A stretch of 64,000 nucleotides of DNA from Nemertoderma westbladi. Its lineage: Eukaryota; Animalia; Xenacoelomorpha. This document shows positions 35,545 to 50,593 of the stretch, one piece after another (position 1 is the stretch's first letter; every line of letters starts with the position of its first letter). The stretch is taken from NCBI GenBank assembly GCA_032718475.1, contig JAUCBJ010002303.1:1-64000 (forward strand), written 5' to 3'. The notes beneath the pieces are model-generated. The model was given only the letters and a program-made list of their open reading frames with translations, made no database searches and had not been told where the DNA came from. The position numbers and the translations under genes are program-made.

Positions 35545-37535
35545 CATTGTAATATATTAGCCCGCCAGCCTATGATGTCCTTCAGTCCCGGGATGCACCA
35601 CAGCGCTTGTTTTATTGTACTAACTGACACCTGGCCGCCCGGTTGAACTTAGATTAATTACTGGCACCCGGTTGCACTCGCCGACACGTGGTTTGACTAA
35701 CTATGGCCTAAGGTTGGTCTTGTTAGTGTGATCGTAGTCCCGGTTTACTACTGTTCGAGCAATTTTCATAGCAGGCTGCATAGAGCCTGCTATGGTTAAC
35801 TAAATACTGGCCCCGAAACGGCGAAAGTAAAGGTATTATATGTTAACTAGAACGCCATCAAGATGGCTTTAAACGAACCTGTCTTACACAGACTCCAAGA
35901 AACAGATGGGATTGGAAGATGCAAACCAAGAATGACTTGCATCAACCAAAAAACTGCCTCCCATCTAATGTAATACACATTCGCCTAGGCAAACAAATCA
36001 TAATCACAATTACTACGATGATCTGTGAAATGGTATCCATATCCGCAACCTGAGAAACGGCCCAAAAGAGCAGTTTATTCTGCGGAGGGGTCTTTTCTGT
36101 ATTAGATAAATAAAATAAAGAACACTATAATTACAGTATTTATACCTGATACATTCTCAGTTAGCCTAATAAAAACATCGGAGCAACCAATATAATGTAC
36201 ATGTACAAGCATCCTATGAAAGTTTGTGAAATGTTCCCTTAAGTCTACCCAACAGCCGTTGGTACCCGGCTGGCAGCCACCCTGGTTCAGTTTTATGGTT
36301 TTGTTAGTTTAATCGACAGCTGTTGTAAACGTCCCAGATATACAAAACCTACTAAGCCTTTGCATTACAATTGAGCTTAGCCTAAGTTGATGACAGTATT
36401 ATAACGATGACAATTAGGCCCTATAGATACATACGATATATAAATGATGTACTGCTTGACATTACACTAACTGGCTGAATAGAGATAGAACTATAATAAT
36501 ACGTTTGGCATTCTGTCAGATTTGAGTAGTAAGTAACCTCATAATAATTGCTAAATATCAATCACCTGAAAAACATTTCAAGCAAGGGAGTTGTGGGTAT
36601 TTAATTTCGCGTTCAATAATGTTGAATATATGCAAATATTTCGAATATCGCACTTCGAATCGTTCCCAACTTTTTTATTCAACAACTAGACAACAATTGA
36701 TAAATACTTGCGTTTACAATTTTACAATGCATGCAAGTGGTTTCAAGCCATTTGGTGAACATACATAGTGACATATGTAGTGATATAGGTAAATATATAA
36801 ATATATATATCCATCGTGTTTTTGCCGGCCTCAGCTTTAGACAAAAACTACCCAGTCTAAAGACAGGTTCGTTATAAATTCACAAAGAAGGACAAACTGA
36901 TACGACGGTTGTCAATATCTGTGCGAATGTTTTTTCCCTTAGCATTCTCATTGGTGCTTCTATCAGTCTACAGTATACTATGTTAGTGCCATATACTGTA
37001 GCAACCAACAACATTCTATAGCCAGGTTGGTGGAAAAAGCAGTTCAAAAATAACTCACGGTTGGTTAGATTTCCAAGCGGCGTCAAGAAGAGTTAACTGG
37101 TTAATAGGTACAGCACTGCTGGCGCATCCCGGGGCTGGCGGACACTGGCTGTCACTCATCCTGGACCTGTCCTGCATTGTTTATTTGACATAAGGTAGCG
37201 GCAGCAACACTCTTTAAATCACTTAGCTTTAAGTAGGCCTACCTGTCTCCAGTCTGCATGTGTGTTGTGCACTTCTTACTGGTCCGCAATGCTGCAATGC
37301 CTAATCTCTAAAATCACATACGGATTATTCTCCATAGGAATCCATTACGGCACACAAGCGAATGTACATAGGGATACGGCAAATGCATACGGATACGGCG
37401 AAAAGTTACAGTATTTAAACCCGCCATTTCGACCGTTTCCTTGTGTTTTAAAACACGAGACAGTGGCACGTTATTTTAACCAAAACAATTTACTAAACAC
37501 AATTGAACAGGTTTCAGTTTTATTTTTGAGATTAA

Positions 37536-38361
37536 GGGGGGATGGGGGGGTACCCCCTCCTTGTGTAAAATTTTCATATTTTTGGTTTTCTATTTCATCT
37601 CATGCAGAATTTAATGGGGAGTACAAATCTTGAAACAGTTTGGCGAGATCTTTTTTAGTTCTCGAGTTATCGCTGTCTTTCCGTCTATCAGTTTGTCCGT
37701 CAAAATTTAGAAGACAGACAGACATGCTGTCAGACAGACATATTAGATGCCACCAAACATTAAAACTGACATCAGAAATGAAATCACCGACCCCGAAAAC
37801 CCCCATATTGATAATTTTAGTGAGTTGGTATGAAGCCATAGTGTCAAACAAAGTCATTAACACCCGATTAACACATTTTTCAAAATACTACTCCTCCGCC
37901 GTTTTTCACCCAAATTCGATAATTTATGGCTCGTTTGAAAGGTTTTTTGAACATCTTGAAAAATTATCCAGCACTTTTTTGAAAAAAATATTTTTTTTAA
38001 TATTATTGAAAACTTTAATTAATTTTATTAATTTTAATTAATAAATTTAAATAATTTACTTAAAAATTAATAATTTAAAGAATCGGCTGGATAATTTTTG
38101 TAGAAACGATGGTGCCGAGTCCAAAAAAGTTGGTTTCAAAAAAATTCGATAAATATTAAGGGACTAGTAGTTTTTTTAGTGAAATATTTAATTCCGCCAC
38201 TCGCCGCTAGAGGGAAACAAAAAAATTTTAAATTTCAATTTTTGTTGCTCTTTGGCCTTCCCCACGGAGGCTGAACACAACATATAACAGTGATATTGAC
38301 CTACTACACGAAGTTTGAGCTGTTTAAAAAAAAACTCTCCTGAGGGGGTACCCCCTCCCCC
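37536..38361. mobile_element. Non-autonomous TIR element with TTAA TSD and GG...CC ends (Kolobok-like)
   Basis: TTAA|GGGGGGATGGGGGGGTACCCCCTC ... GAGGGGGTACCCCCTCCCCC|TTAA. Confidence 0.65.
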
Positions 38362-40240
38362 TTAAACAGCTGTAATAACTGTAAAACCTGGACTATTGGC
38401 TTGTCATTAAAAACTATAAGATATTCGGTAGACTGACTATCCCGACCCGGGTCAGTAGGCTATATGATTCAGTGATTGATACTGTCAGCACAAAGTACTA
38501 CAGTCAGTACTGCAGTAGGTACAGCTGGGTTTTCTATATTACTGTATTATAACAACGGATTTAACTGTTTAATTGATTACTGGATTCTAAACTTATTAAT
38601 ATGTAACGAAAGCCTATTACTTTTACACTTACAAAAACAAAATTAAAAATAAATTATTCACAAGTACTGAAGTACTTTTCGTTTTTCACCCAAATTCGAT
38701 AATTTATGGCTCGTTTGAAAGGTTTTTTGAACATCTTGAAAAATTATCCAGCACTTTTTTGAAAAAAATATTTTTTTTAATATTATTGAAAACTTTAATT
38801 AATTTTATTAATTTTAATTAATAAATTTAAATAATTTACTTAAAAATTAATAATTTAAAGAATCGGCTGGATAATTTTTGTAGAAACGATGGTGCCGAGT
38901 CCAAAAAAGTTGGTTTCAAAAAAATTTCGATAAATATTAAGGGACTAGTAGTGTTTTTAGTGAAATATTTAATTCCGCCACTCGCCGCTAGAGGGACACA
39001 AAAAAATTTTAAATTTCAATTTTTGTTGCTCTTTGGCCTTCCCCACGTTGGCTGAACACAACATATAACAGTGATATTGACCTACTACACGAAGTTTGAG
39101 CTGTTTAAAAAAAACTCTCCTGAGGGGGTACCCCCTCCCCCTTAAACAGCTGTAATAACTGTAAAACCTGGACTATTGGCTTGTCATTAAAAACTATAAG
39201 ATATTCGGTAGACTGACTATCCCGATCCGGGTCAGTAGGCTATGATTCAGTGATTGATACTGTCAGCACAAAGTACTACAGTCAGTACTGCAGTAGGTAC
39301 AGCTGGGTTTTCTATATTACTGTATTATAACAACGGATTTAACTGTTTAATTGATTACTGGATTCTAAACTTATTAATATATAACGAAAGCCTATTACTT
39401 TTACACTTACAAAAACAAAATTAAAAATAAATTATTCACAAGTACTGAAGTACTTTTCGTTTTTCACCCAAATTCGATAATTTATGGCTCGTTTGAAAGG
39501 TTTTTTGAACATCTTGAAAAATTATCCAGCACTTTTTTGAAAAAAATATTTTTTTTAATATTATTGAAAACTTTAATTAATTTTATTAATTTTAATTAAT
39601 AAATTTAAATAATTTACTTAAAAATTAATAATTTAAAGAATCGGCTGGATAATTTTTGTAGAAACGATGGTGCCGAGTCCAAAAAAGTTGGTTTCAAAAA
39701 AATTCGATAAATATTAAGGGACTAGTAGTGTTTTTAGTGAAATATTTAATTCCGCCACTCCCCGCTAGAGGGACACAAAAAAATTTTAAATTTCAATTTT
39801 TGTTGCTCTTTGGCCTTCCCCACGTTGGCTGAACACAACATATAACAGTGATATTGACCTACGACACGAAGTTTGAGCTGTTTAAAAAAAAACTCTCCTG
39901 AGGGGGTACCCCCTCCCCCTTAAACAGCTGTAATAACTGTAAAACCTGGACTATTGGCTTGTCATTAAAAACTATAAGATATTCGGTAGACTGACTATCC
40001 CGACCCGGGTCAGTAGGCTATATGATTCAGTGATTGATACTGTCAGCACAAAGTACTACAGTCAGTACTGCAGTAGGTACAGCTGGGTTTTCTATATTAC
40101 TGTATTATAACAACGGATTTAACTGTTTAATTGATTACTGGATTCTAAACTTATTAATATATAACGAAAGCCTATTACTTTTACACTTACAAAAACAAAA
40201 TTAAAAATAAATTATTCACAAGTACTGAAGTACTTTTCGT
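37900..40240. repeat. Tandem triplication of a ~780-bp unit
   Basis: Near-identical units start with CGTTTTTCACCCAAATTCG at ~37900, 38680 and 39458. Each contains the right TIR of the TTAA element plus flanking DNA. Confidence 0.93.
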
Positions 40241-40483
40241 CTACTCTAGTGCATACTGTCAGACTGTATATAAAGAAATATAAACAATAATATAAAGAAA
40301 TATTTCATGGGATATTTATATTTATAAGATAGGACATTGTTCATACTGATACTGTATAGTGGTACTTTTATAAACATTACAACCCTAAATAATGGTGATG
40401 TCAATTTAAACAGTATTAGTATACGACTACCAACTACTGTAGATAACATAAATAATCTAATAACTGACAATATAAATCTGTAA

Positions 40484-41515
40484 ATGGCTCTTCTTAGATG
40501 GGGTATTTGCGGGAGTGGCAAGATTAGTCACGATTTCAGCCTAGCGCTAGCCCTGAAAGCTGGAAAAGACAGACACTTGCTGCAAGCTGTTGCTGCGAGA
40601 AACAGCGAACGAGCTCAAAAATTCGCAAAAATTCACAACATCGGCACAGCGTACGGGGATTACAAGCAGCTAGCTGAGGACAGCGCTGTAGACATCGTCT
40701 ACATCGGAGTCATACATCCGCACCATTTCGAAACCACTAAACTCTTCCTAAACGCAGGTAAACACGTATTGTGCGAGAAACCCTTAACCTTGTCATCCAA
40801 AGAAACAACCACTCTATGCGAGTTGGCAAAGAAGAACAACGTATTCCTTGCGGAGGGATTGTGGTCCCGATATTTTCCCATCTATAAACGGATACGCCAG
40901 ATTATTGATGATAATGAAATAGGCGATGTTCGAACCGTGGCTGCCAATTTTGGTTTCAATTTATCTGCAGTCGATAGGCTGACAGATCCAGCACTTGGTG
41001 GTGGTGCTTTGTATGATTTGGGTTTGTACACGATTCAGTTTGCCTTGTGGATATACCACAACTTTGGCTACAAACTTAATGATATATCTTCAGTAGGAGC
41101 TTTAAACCCGAGTACCAAAGTAGATGAAACCACTGTCGTTACGATGAAGTTTGCCGATTCCAAATTAGCGGTTCTCACCTCTTCCACCTCTTCTATACTG
41201 TCGAACACTGCAGTTGTGTCCGGCACATTGGGGTGTTTAACGGTTGAGAAGTTGTGGTGTCCCACCAAATTGGTCGTCAATGGGAAAGAAGAAATTTACG
41301 ACCTACCGGATATTAAGGAGATTAATTTAAAGGACAAAGGAGGATTTAATTTTATAAATTCAGCGGGTTTGATTTACGAGGCAGATGCAGTTCGCACCGC
41401 CATTAACGCCGGTCTCAAAGAAACTGCCGAAGCTCCTTGGTCTCAGACAATAGCGATAAGTGAGATAGTAGATACTGTACTTAAACAGGTTGGGTATAGA
41501 AGTGGAACTTTGTAA
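40484..41515 (+). CDS. DHDH: Dihydrodiol dehydrogenase / D-xylose 1-dehydrogenase-like (Gfo/Idh/MocA), copy 1
   Basis: LRWGICGSGKISHDF, VYIGVIHPHH, GKHVLCEKP, GGGALYDLGLY, FNFINSAGLIYEA; intronless, 343 aa. Confidence 0.9.
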   Translation: MALLRWGICGSGKISHDFSLALALKAGKDRHLLQAVAARNSERAQKFAKIHNIGTAYGDYKQLAEDSAVDIVYIGVIHPHHFETTKLFLNAGKHVLCEKPLTLSSKETTTLCELAKKNNVFLAEGLWSRYFPIYKRIRQIIDDNEIGDVRTVAANFGFNLSAVDRLTDPALGGGALYDLGLYTIQFALWIYHNFGYKLNDISSVGALNPSTKVDETTVVTMKFADSKLAVLTSSTSSILSNTAVVSGTLGCLTVEKLWCPTKLVVNGKEEIYDLPDIKEINLKDKGGFNFINSAGLIYEADAVRTAINAGLKETAEAPWSQTIAISEIVDTVLKQVGYRSGTL

Positions 41516-42180
41516 TTTTTTATCATCAGGAAATTCAGAACCAGTATACTGTGTAAGGGTCAAGAGTGACTAAGTGTGCTGTAAGACTATTATACCATAA
41601 ATTAATAATTATTTCATGGAGTGACTGAGAGGTAATACAGTATTATTGATTTTTAAGTGTTGAGGTGATGGTACATAAACAAAACAAATGACAATTAGGT
41701 ATTAATTATTGTTTTATATACTTACAGTGTTGCATTTTTAATTACTGTATAACATTATATTCATTCATGCAGTAATTAATTAAGCTGTTAAAGAATCAAT
41801 TATATAATTCCCTCGGCTTTTACATTATGACCGGTAATATTTTATCAATTTGTTTTATGTAATGGACGACCCCACCCCATATGTTTTCTACAAATCTTTT
41901 TTATCGTATTTTGTATTGCTTCACAGTTGACTGAACCATAGGGATTATAAAATTCTGGTTACGACTGTTGCGCTTGCCATCATTAAGATTGGTAAAACTT
42001 ATAGATTCTCAAACGGTTACGAATTAAATTGGGCATCCGGGGTCCGGATAATTAAGTAATTTAAACTAGAAAGCCAGCAAGCTGGCTTTAAACGAACCTG
42101 CCCTCAAACCAGTACCCTGAGTCAGTACCCTGAGTGAGCGAAATTGAAAACATGAAAATTGCCATCAACTCAATGATAGA
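41516..42180 (+). repeat. Duplicated 3' flank shared by both DHDH copies (partner at 56519-57180)
   Basis: Near-identical sequence follows both stop codons. Confidence 0.85.
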
Positions 42181-42194
42181 ACAGTCTGTGTTTG

Positions 42195-44975
42195 CTGGTA
42201 TCAGACTAGTTGTGATAATATATACTAACCTGATATATTATATAATACTTTATTGTGTTGATACCCATCGGGATCCAACCCTTACCACTTTGGCGTGGTG
42301 GCAGCAGCTGTGTTTTTTTTTGAGAACCCAACGTACTCATACATACATGCGGTTTGGTCGATGATCTGGAGGATATCTCCGCTGCATGCCGTCGTACTGC
42401 AGCCCAGCAAGTCGCTGCTTTGGAGTTAATGCTTGGACAAATAGCAAACTATGCCCCAGTAATCTCTTGAGCCACCATGCTGGGCTCAGAAACAGCCCTT
42501 GAGGAACTTATAACACGTGTCCTTGTCAACCTCCTAGTTCATGGTGGTGTCACAAAAATCGCTGACGATCTGTACTGTGGTGGTGATACCCCCAGGAACT
42601 CGCACTAACTTTGATACTGTTATCTGCCCTAGAATGGTGTGACCTACGGTTGTCTGCCCGCAAAACCGTCATTTGCCCTGCATCCACGACCATTTTGGGG
42701 TGGAAGTGGACCCAAGGTTCACTGTCTGCATCACCCCACATCATTTCCACACTCACTGCATGCCCCATGCCCATGACAACATGACAGTTTGTGAACTCCT
42801 TCATTGGTTCGTATAAGGTGTTACCGCGTGTCCTGCCTCAGTGTTCTGCTCTTATAGCTCCTCTTGATACACTCCTCACTGACTGACCCCTTGACCCGGT
42901 TGCGTGGAATGAACCCACTTCCACAGCATTCCGGCGTGTACAGGCTGGCCTTAAAGATTGTTGGTCCATCACCATTCTGAGGCCCTCAGATGAATTATTC
43001 ATTGTAACCAATGCTGCATCCAGCACCGCTGGCATTGGTGCGATTCTATACACAAAACGTGATGCTCAGTTGCACATTACTGGTTATTTCTCAGCTAAAC
43101 TGTGGCAACACCAACAGAGTTGGTTAGGTTACCTTGTGAGATGGAAGCCCTAGCCATCGCCGCTGCTGTCAGCTATTTTGTGCCATATATTACACAGTCA
43201 TTAACTGCCCCGTGTTGTCATAGACAGCAAACCCTGTGTTCAGGCATATAACAAGTTCTCACGCGGCTCCTACTTGACAAGCCCTCGGCTCACTACCTTC
43301 CTCGCCACACTGAGCCAATATAATATTACTGTCTCATACATACAGGGCACACGCAACTTGCCTGCTGACTTCCAAAGCCGGAATATCCAGCCATGTCCCA
43401 ACCAGTCGTGCCAAGTCAATCCAGAATCCAGGATCCAGAACCTTTCTCAATGAACTCTGTGACTCACCGCTTGTACAGTCGCTACCCATCCCTGCTGATG
43501 ACCCCCAGCCACTATATACCACTCGCAGTGCATGGCTAGCTACACAGGCAGAATGTCCAGATATCAAATGTGCACATGCCCATTTGCAACAGGGTACGCG
43601 TCCATCAAAGAAAGACATCCACTGCCACGATGTCAAACGCTACCTAGACTGCACCTCTGTGACAAGCAATGGACTCCTTGTTGTTCGCCTTCATAATGCA
43701 CTGCCATCGCCATGCAACCTCATTGTGGTACCTCGTTCCGCACAACGTGGCCTTGTATCATCCATTCATTTGGAATTACAACACCCATCGAAAGCCCAAC
43801 CCTGAAAAATTCTCAATCGTTCCTTCTGGGCTCTTGACCTTGAAGCAACAGTGGCTGCTTGCATATATGAGCGCCCACAATGTGCTGCCCTGAAATCTGC
43901 ACCTCCCTGACCCATTCAACAGACATCTGAGGAGCCCCCAACCATTATCGACATCTCCCTCGCTGCTGATGTCCTGGTTCAGCACTGTCAGCATATACTT
44001 TTCTTTCGCAAGACTGTGTCATCCTTCTCAGCTGCTACTATCATACAGGACGAAACCCATCCCACTCTTTGTGATGCACTCATCGCCCTCTGTATTGGTC
44101 GTGTTCCCCTCATTGCCCCCCCCCCCTGCCATTTTTTGCATCGATCAGCTCCAGGGTTTAATGCATTACGCGCAATGACTACATCCTCCTCTCCCATTGA
44201 ATACGGTTGGAAATAGGTAGACCTAAGAACCCCAACAAGAATCCTGTTGCTGGACATGGTGTTCGCGAACTTGAGGAAGAACTCCTCCACTTGCACCCCT
44301 CTGGGGACCCATTTTCCACCATGTCACTAGCAATCGCTGTTGCTAATTTGAACCATCGCATACGCCACAAGTGGTCTGTCTGCCTGCGAAATTATCAACC
44401 AATGTGATCAGTTCACTGGAGACCAACTACCACTCGATGACGATGATGGCCTCATCCTTTGCCAACATCGCAACTGGGCAACCAATCATTCCACCAGTAT
44501 TGAAGCTAAGTGCAGACTTCTGGCAAAATCCTCCTCAGCCACACCACACCCACTGTCACAAGTGGGTGATTTAATTCACCTCTATGCTGATGGCTCAAAG
44601 TTACATGGTCGCCCTCGATACATTGTATCTTCAGTCGCTGATGATTGGATCAACATCAGAAAATTTATCGGTTCCCAACTTCATGCCCAAACGTACCGAG
44701 TACCCCGCTCAGAGTACTACCTGGTGCCCCAATATCGAACACGAACCCACACCTACCAACAGTCGCGATCAACAGAATCAAGCGATGAAGACCCACCAGT
44801 GCCACCCTGTGGTACTGTAGCACACCTCGCGACCCCCTAGAACTTGGCCTCCCAGGACTCGATCCCAATAATGAGCGTCCAGCGCCCGGTATACTGTCAC
44901 CTCAGTCAACTTCCCATTGCCCAATACGGACACGCCGATCCCCCATGTGTTATGGCTATGACGAGTAGGGATGTT
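42195..44975 (+). mobile_element. Heavily degenerate Gypsy-type retrotransposon (RT-RH-IN relic)
   Basis: Fragments [48 protein letters not shown]. The leading ~100 bp is shared with 52899-52997. Confidence 0.65.
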
Positions 44976-46256
44976 TCAGACAGGATTGTATCATATTAAG
45001 TTTTTAAGCATCTACTATATTCTCGAATAGCAGTGTGTGTGTAGTGAGATATTTCTATATAAAGATATACTGTATATATATATTGGTGATGGGACCCAAG
45101 TGTGCTTTTTATTATAAAATATATTCTGGTACTGATAAGATTTAGGAATAATAAATACTGAAGTATCTGACTGTGAACGAAAAACAATTTCTATATATTA
45201 CTACTGTACTACTGTACTGTACTAAATTAATCCTCAGAAAATTACATTTCATCACATCACACAGCACACAGACACAGACACAACACACTACATTTTATTG
45301 GACAAACAAAGCAATAACGACAAGCAACTCAATACAATAAATTAGATGCCAAATTTATTCATTGTAATTACATAATTGATAATTACTCTAAATACTGTAA
45401 TATAATTAAACAATAACTAATAGTGCGGTACCTACACTACTACTACTGCTGCTACTGTATAGGGCTTTGGCTTTACATTCAGACTGTGTTAGCAATAATT
45501 ACTAGGTTCCATGAACCAGTAGGCCTACTGGTATCTTACTACTTACGCTATACAGCTACCGGTATTCAGGTATTAGCTGTGACTTCTTGCCTAACTAACT
45601 AAATTCATAGACTTTCATGTCACTGATCCCAGTTGCTGAGCTAACTCATAGCTAGGCCGCGATTACATCATTAAACCAACCTAGAAAAAATAATGTGCAG
45701 CCAAATCTCGCTGTAATTTGTTTTTGTTGTGTTTATTCAAAAAAGCATCATACACACAAAATTTCCGTCACACAAACAACACAGTTTTGTATGGGCTTTC
45801 TGATGGTATAATTTTTGTAATGCAATAGTTTTTGTATCATACTGTCATATCTGCATATGCAATTTTGTATCTTTAATTTTGAAAGGGATTTCTTAGTAAG
45901 ATTTTGAATTTGTGCAGCGAGATTTGGTTGTACAGTGCAGCCAAATCTCTCTGAGAATACCCAACTGTACTATTAACAATCCTATTCACTGGGAGCCTAG
46001 AACTGTCAGATTTAAATATAGCGATACCTTAGTGGATAATGCAGTAATGCAAGCATAATTGTGGTGACCCAGACCGCCAGACGATCGTTCAAAAAACGAT
46101 AAACCTTAACTGCCTAACTCCAACAACTCGCAACACAACAATACAGAGCGGCAGAGGTGCAGAAGCAAGACAGACTGAAGCTACCGGTACTGCGGTAACC
46201 GGTAAGGCAATAGGCCTACCAGAATACTGCAATTCAATAACGATAACCGTTAACCA

Positions 46257-46565
46257 CGTACCAGTACAAGTAACGGTACCAGTACAAGTACCGGTACCAG
46301 TACCGGTACCAGTAAAAGTACCGGTACCAGTACGGGTACCAGTACCGGTACCAGTAAAAGTACCGGTACCAGTACCGGTACCTTTACAGGTACTGGTACC
46401 ATTACAAGTACCGGTACCAGTACAAGTACCGGTACCAGTACGAGTACCGGTACCAGTACCGGTACCAGTAAAAGTACCGGAACCAGTACAAGTACCGGTA
46501 CCAGCACCGGTACCAGTAAAAGTACCGGTACCTGTACAAGTACCGGTACAGTACTGGTACCAGTA
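46257..46565. repeat. Low-complexity tandem repeat of GTACCG/GTACCA/GTACAA hexamers
   Basis: (GTACCGGTACCA)n with variants. Confidence 0.9.
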
Positions 46566-46829
46566 GCGGTAGGCATACAAACTACAAATCAGAAAGTAGG
46601 CCTACAGAAAGAAAATGCCTATAGACATACATAACCAGCCTAAGGTGTAAGGCTATACTGGAAGCAATGTTGAGGTTGCTGCACGAAGACGATCCAAATT
46701 ATCCCGGAGTACCGCCCATCAAAGTGGAAATTATCGACGAATTACGGGAAGAAAAAGCAAATGCAATTCAATTACTGTACCACCACATCCAGCTCTCACC
46801 GTACCGAAAACAACTTCACAGACTAACCA

Positions 46830-49800
46830 AACAATAAAACTACCAAACTTTTACGAGAAAGATACCAGGATTTGGTTTGAACAGAAAGAAGAAATACAGA
46901 TGTCTCAGATAATGTAAAAAAGAACAGCTTGTTACGCGTTTTACCTACAAATATCATTTTTGATAGTGGTGCACAAGTTACAGACCCATTTGAAACAATA
47001 AAAAATAATTTAATCAAATATTTTGACATAAGCGAAGAACAAAGATTAAAACGACTTCTACAAGAGCAACACTTAGGAGACCGTAAACCTTCAGTAGCCC
47101 TTAGGCATATATAACGTTTAGCACCAAATAACAATAATACAGTCTGACTGTAATATAGTAAAAATGCGTTTCATGGGAATTTTACCGGAGCAGATTCGAA
47201 TATCCTCATCATCAATTGATGGCGTTAGTACAGAAAAGCTAGCAGAAATCGCTGACCACTGGACCATATGATGGCAGGATGGAGCAGATAAAAACTTCGA
47301 GTAGTTCAGTTAACGTCAACCAGGTGAGTGGAAACTTGGATATATGGATAGGCCTTTATCTAACCCTGCTACTACTGGTATAGAGGTTAGGGCTGATAAT
47401 GGAATGGAATTATGGTGTCAAAACATCACACACCAAATTAATAAGCTATCTCAAGCTGTCGAATATTTGTCTACCAGTAATGACCACCCTTACAGTGATA
47501 ATAGGGGCCGCAGACGTTACCATGAACAGTTTCAAGGAGAACAGTATTCTCCAAATAGGCCTAATAGAAATAGATATCAGTCAAGATCTAAATCACTTAC
47601 TCGCAATTACAATCCTGATGGATCCTGATTGGCGTTTTGGTAAAAATGCTACAAAGTGTGGTGGAGTTGATGTGTGTGAATGGAATTCATCATATAGAGA
47701 ACAAGTGAATAACCCACATGGCCGAAGACAGCCGGGAAACGCTCAGGCTCTTTCACCAAGGCGGTCAGTGATGGAGTAAATTCTATTTTCGTAGCCGCTG
47801 AACCAATGCGCCAATTTTTGGCTGATAGTGGTAGCGAGGTAAGTGTAGTACCTCGACATTATGCCACATCAAGATTAACACCTGTGACTAATATTAATCT
47901 GAAAGCGGCAAACCAAAATAAAATTAATGTAATTGGAATAGAACAAATAACATTTAACTTACCTGATATCAGTAGAAAACAGTTTACATGGAATTTCTAC
48001 GTATGTGATGTAGACCAACCTATATTAGGTGCTGATTTTCTTCGATATAATGAACTACTTGTAGATTGTACCTACAACAGACTGATACCCTTGTCTTGGT
48101 TAAGAGATCCCTCAAAATTTCCCAATAACCAACTCAATACGGAAACTAATCCACAATTAAAAGTAAAATTAGAAAAAAAACCAGACAAAATAGACCAACA
48201 TACCATCACTAAACAAAGAATATTTGTACGGAGAATTACAGTGGAAAATTCTCAGTATAGTAAATCTGTCAATGATCTTCTGGATAAATACCCGGATATA
48301 TTCAAACCAATAATTATTACAGAGCCAGTAAAACATCAAGCACATTAGCATCATATTATTAGTAGTGGGCCACCTACTCACTCAAAACCAAGATAACTTT
48401 TTGGCGACAGATTGAAACATGCAAAAAGGATATTTAGTGACTGGGAAACCCAAGGCATTTGTTACGGTATAGAGGCGAATCACCATATGCATCACCCATG
48501 CATATGGCCCCTAAACCAAAATCCACTAAGTACACCATTCAGAGCCTGTGGCGATTGTCGTGGCTTGAATTTGCAGACTATACCAGATCGTTACCCAATG
48601 CCACATTTAGGTGATATACCAAGTTTTCTCAATGGTTGCACTGTGGGGCGAGCCACGAAGTGAGTGAGCCTTAGCGTAGTGGTACCATTAATCAACCTGT
48701 CGTTCTGTCGTTCTGTCGTTCTGTCGTGTTCAATTTTAAACGTTAATAACTCGGCCAATCTTTGATGAAATCTATCCAAACTTGGTACACATGTTGTATG
48801 GCAAAAGTTTAGAAATTTTCCAAGTAGAATTTCCGTGTGGCCTTCGAGAAGCTAAGATAATAGCAGTTAATTAGTTAATTAAGTTGATTACGGTAAAAAC
48901 ACCATTTTCAACCTGCCTTTTAAAGGAAATTAATTGTTTTACAGTATAAGACTTCAATAATTATACTTAAAAAATATACAGATGTAATCCGCATACTCCA
49001 TTCTATTATAGTTTTTAATTAGTTCAAGTGATTTGCTTTAATAATCGTGTCTTTAATTGATCTAAAGTAATTAAACCGGCATAAAAAATTTATTCTCATT
49101 AAATACTGCTCATTTATTGGTTAACTCAAGTTGGCTTGTTTCCCAGCAACACTTGAGGTATTCAGTCAGCCTTGCTTGTAAGAGGCAGACTGCTGCTGCT
49201 GCTGGTAGCCATCCATTCACTCACTCTCCATTGAACTGGCTGATTGGAGGTGTGTGTGTATCGGGTTCAATGACATTAATATTATTACTAAAGTAACGTC
49301 GGGATGTTAATATTCACTGGAGCTATGAGTCTCTCTGGTTAGTTGAATGAATGAAATAAATAATTGTTTTACTGTTCCGAATATCAATGTTTATTTCTGT
49401 AGGCCAACTTACTGTATTATTATTTAATCTAAATGTACATAATAGTTTAAATAAATTATTTCACAATTTCATTCCAATTCATACTGCTTACGCAACCATG
49501 CTAATTAGGTATATTAAATGGCAGGATTGTTTTTAATTAAAATTTTTACAGAGCAAACAAGTATATTGTATTTAACTGAAAGTTAATTTATTTCGGTAAG
49601 TAGGCCTTGCGGTTTGTTAGTTTAGTTAGTATAATAAGTATCAAATATATTACGTGCTGCTGTACAGTAAACGCGGCTTTGCGTTATTGAATTACAGAAT
49701 TGGCGGTACAAAGTACATTAATAGGGATCAGGCATATTGCATTTATATAATTGTTGTTGTAAATGTACAATAATATGCGCCACTTTTATTTTAGTAACTG

Positions 49801-50559
49801 CAATGTGTATTTCATTTGTACCTGCAACCCATTAAAAAGGGCAGCTGAACATATCGCGGACAGGCTGACTATTCACCATAACAAAAAAACCCAAATCGCC
49901 GCAGTTCCACTTACAGTTCCATATTATTCTGTTTTGCAATTCAACCCAATTTATCTGCTCTCTGCTACACGCGGTTTTATCCACGAGTTTTGTAAAGTCC
50001 CGACTTATCGGGAATGACATGAACTTAGCGTCCGGAATATTCTGAACAGATTAAATCTACTTGGCGCTGTAATACTGCATCCCGTTGTACCAGAAGTTAT
50101 TAAAACATACCGGCCCCTCAAATGCGCTTGCAGTGGGTTAGAGAACAACATATACCGCCCCAGTACAACCGCTATTTTGATAAGGTCCAATATATAATAT
50201 ATATATATGGTCTAACATATGATAGTTCACTAATCAGCTAATAGGCCTATTAATTCGTGAGATTTCAATTTATAAATAAAACTAATATACGAGCTCATAT
50301 GAGCTCAATTGATTGATTGATTGAAGGTATGACCGTTGTTGTGGGGGACTAGGTCTACCTGTCTAGCAGCTAATAACTCGTCCGTGGAGAGAATAATATA
50401 AGTCGAGGAACATAACGAAACGCGTTTAATTTATTTATTTATTCCAATTGGGGATGCTTTCTAACGCGGGAATGCGGTGCTATTAAACATCAACACATTC
50501 CTGCGCGTGCGTCGATATTGTGCACCCTAATACTAACAACCCACCCAGACACCCCCTAC

Positions 50560-50593
<34 letters not shown>

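Noticed and set aside
42196-42205. TGGTATCAGA as an initiator-Met tRNA PBS
   Set aside because: It lies inside the repeated LTR-like block (also near 52901) rather than just after a CA end, so it cannot be supported as the PBS.
46089-46580. TG-rich antifreeze-like and PVLV-repeat ORFs
   Set aside because: Products of a GTACCG hexamer repeat, with no evidence of gene structure.
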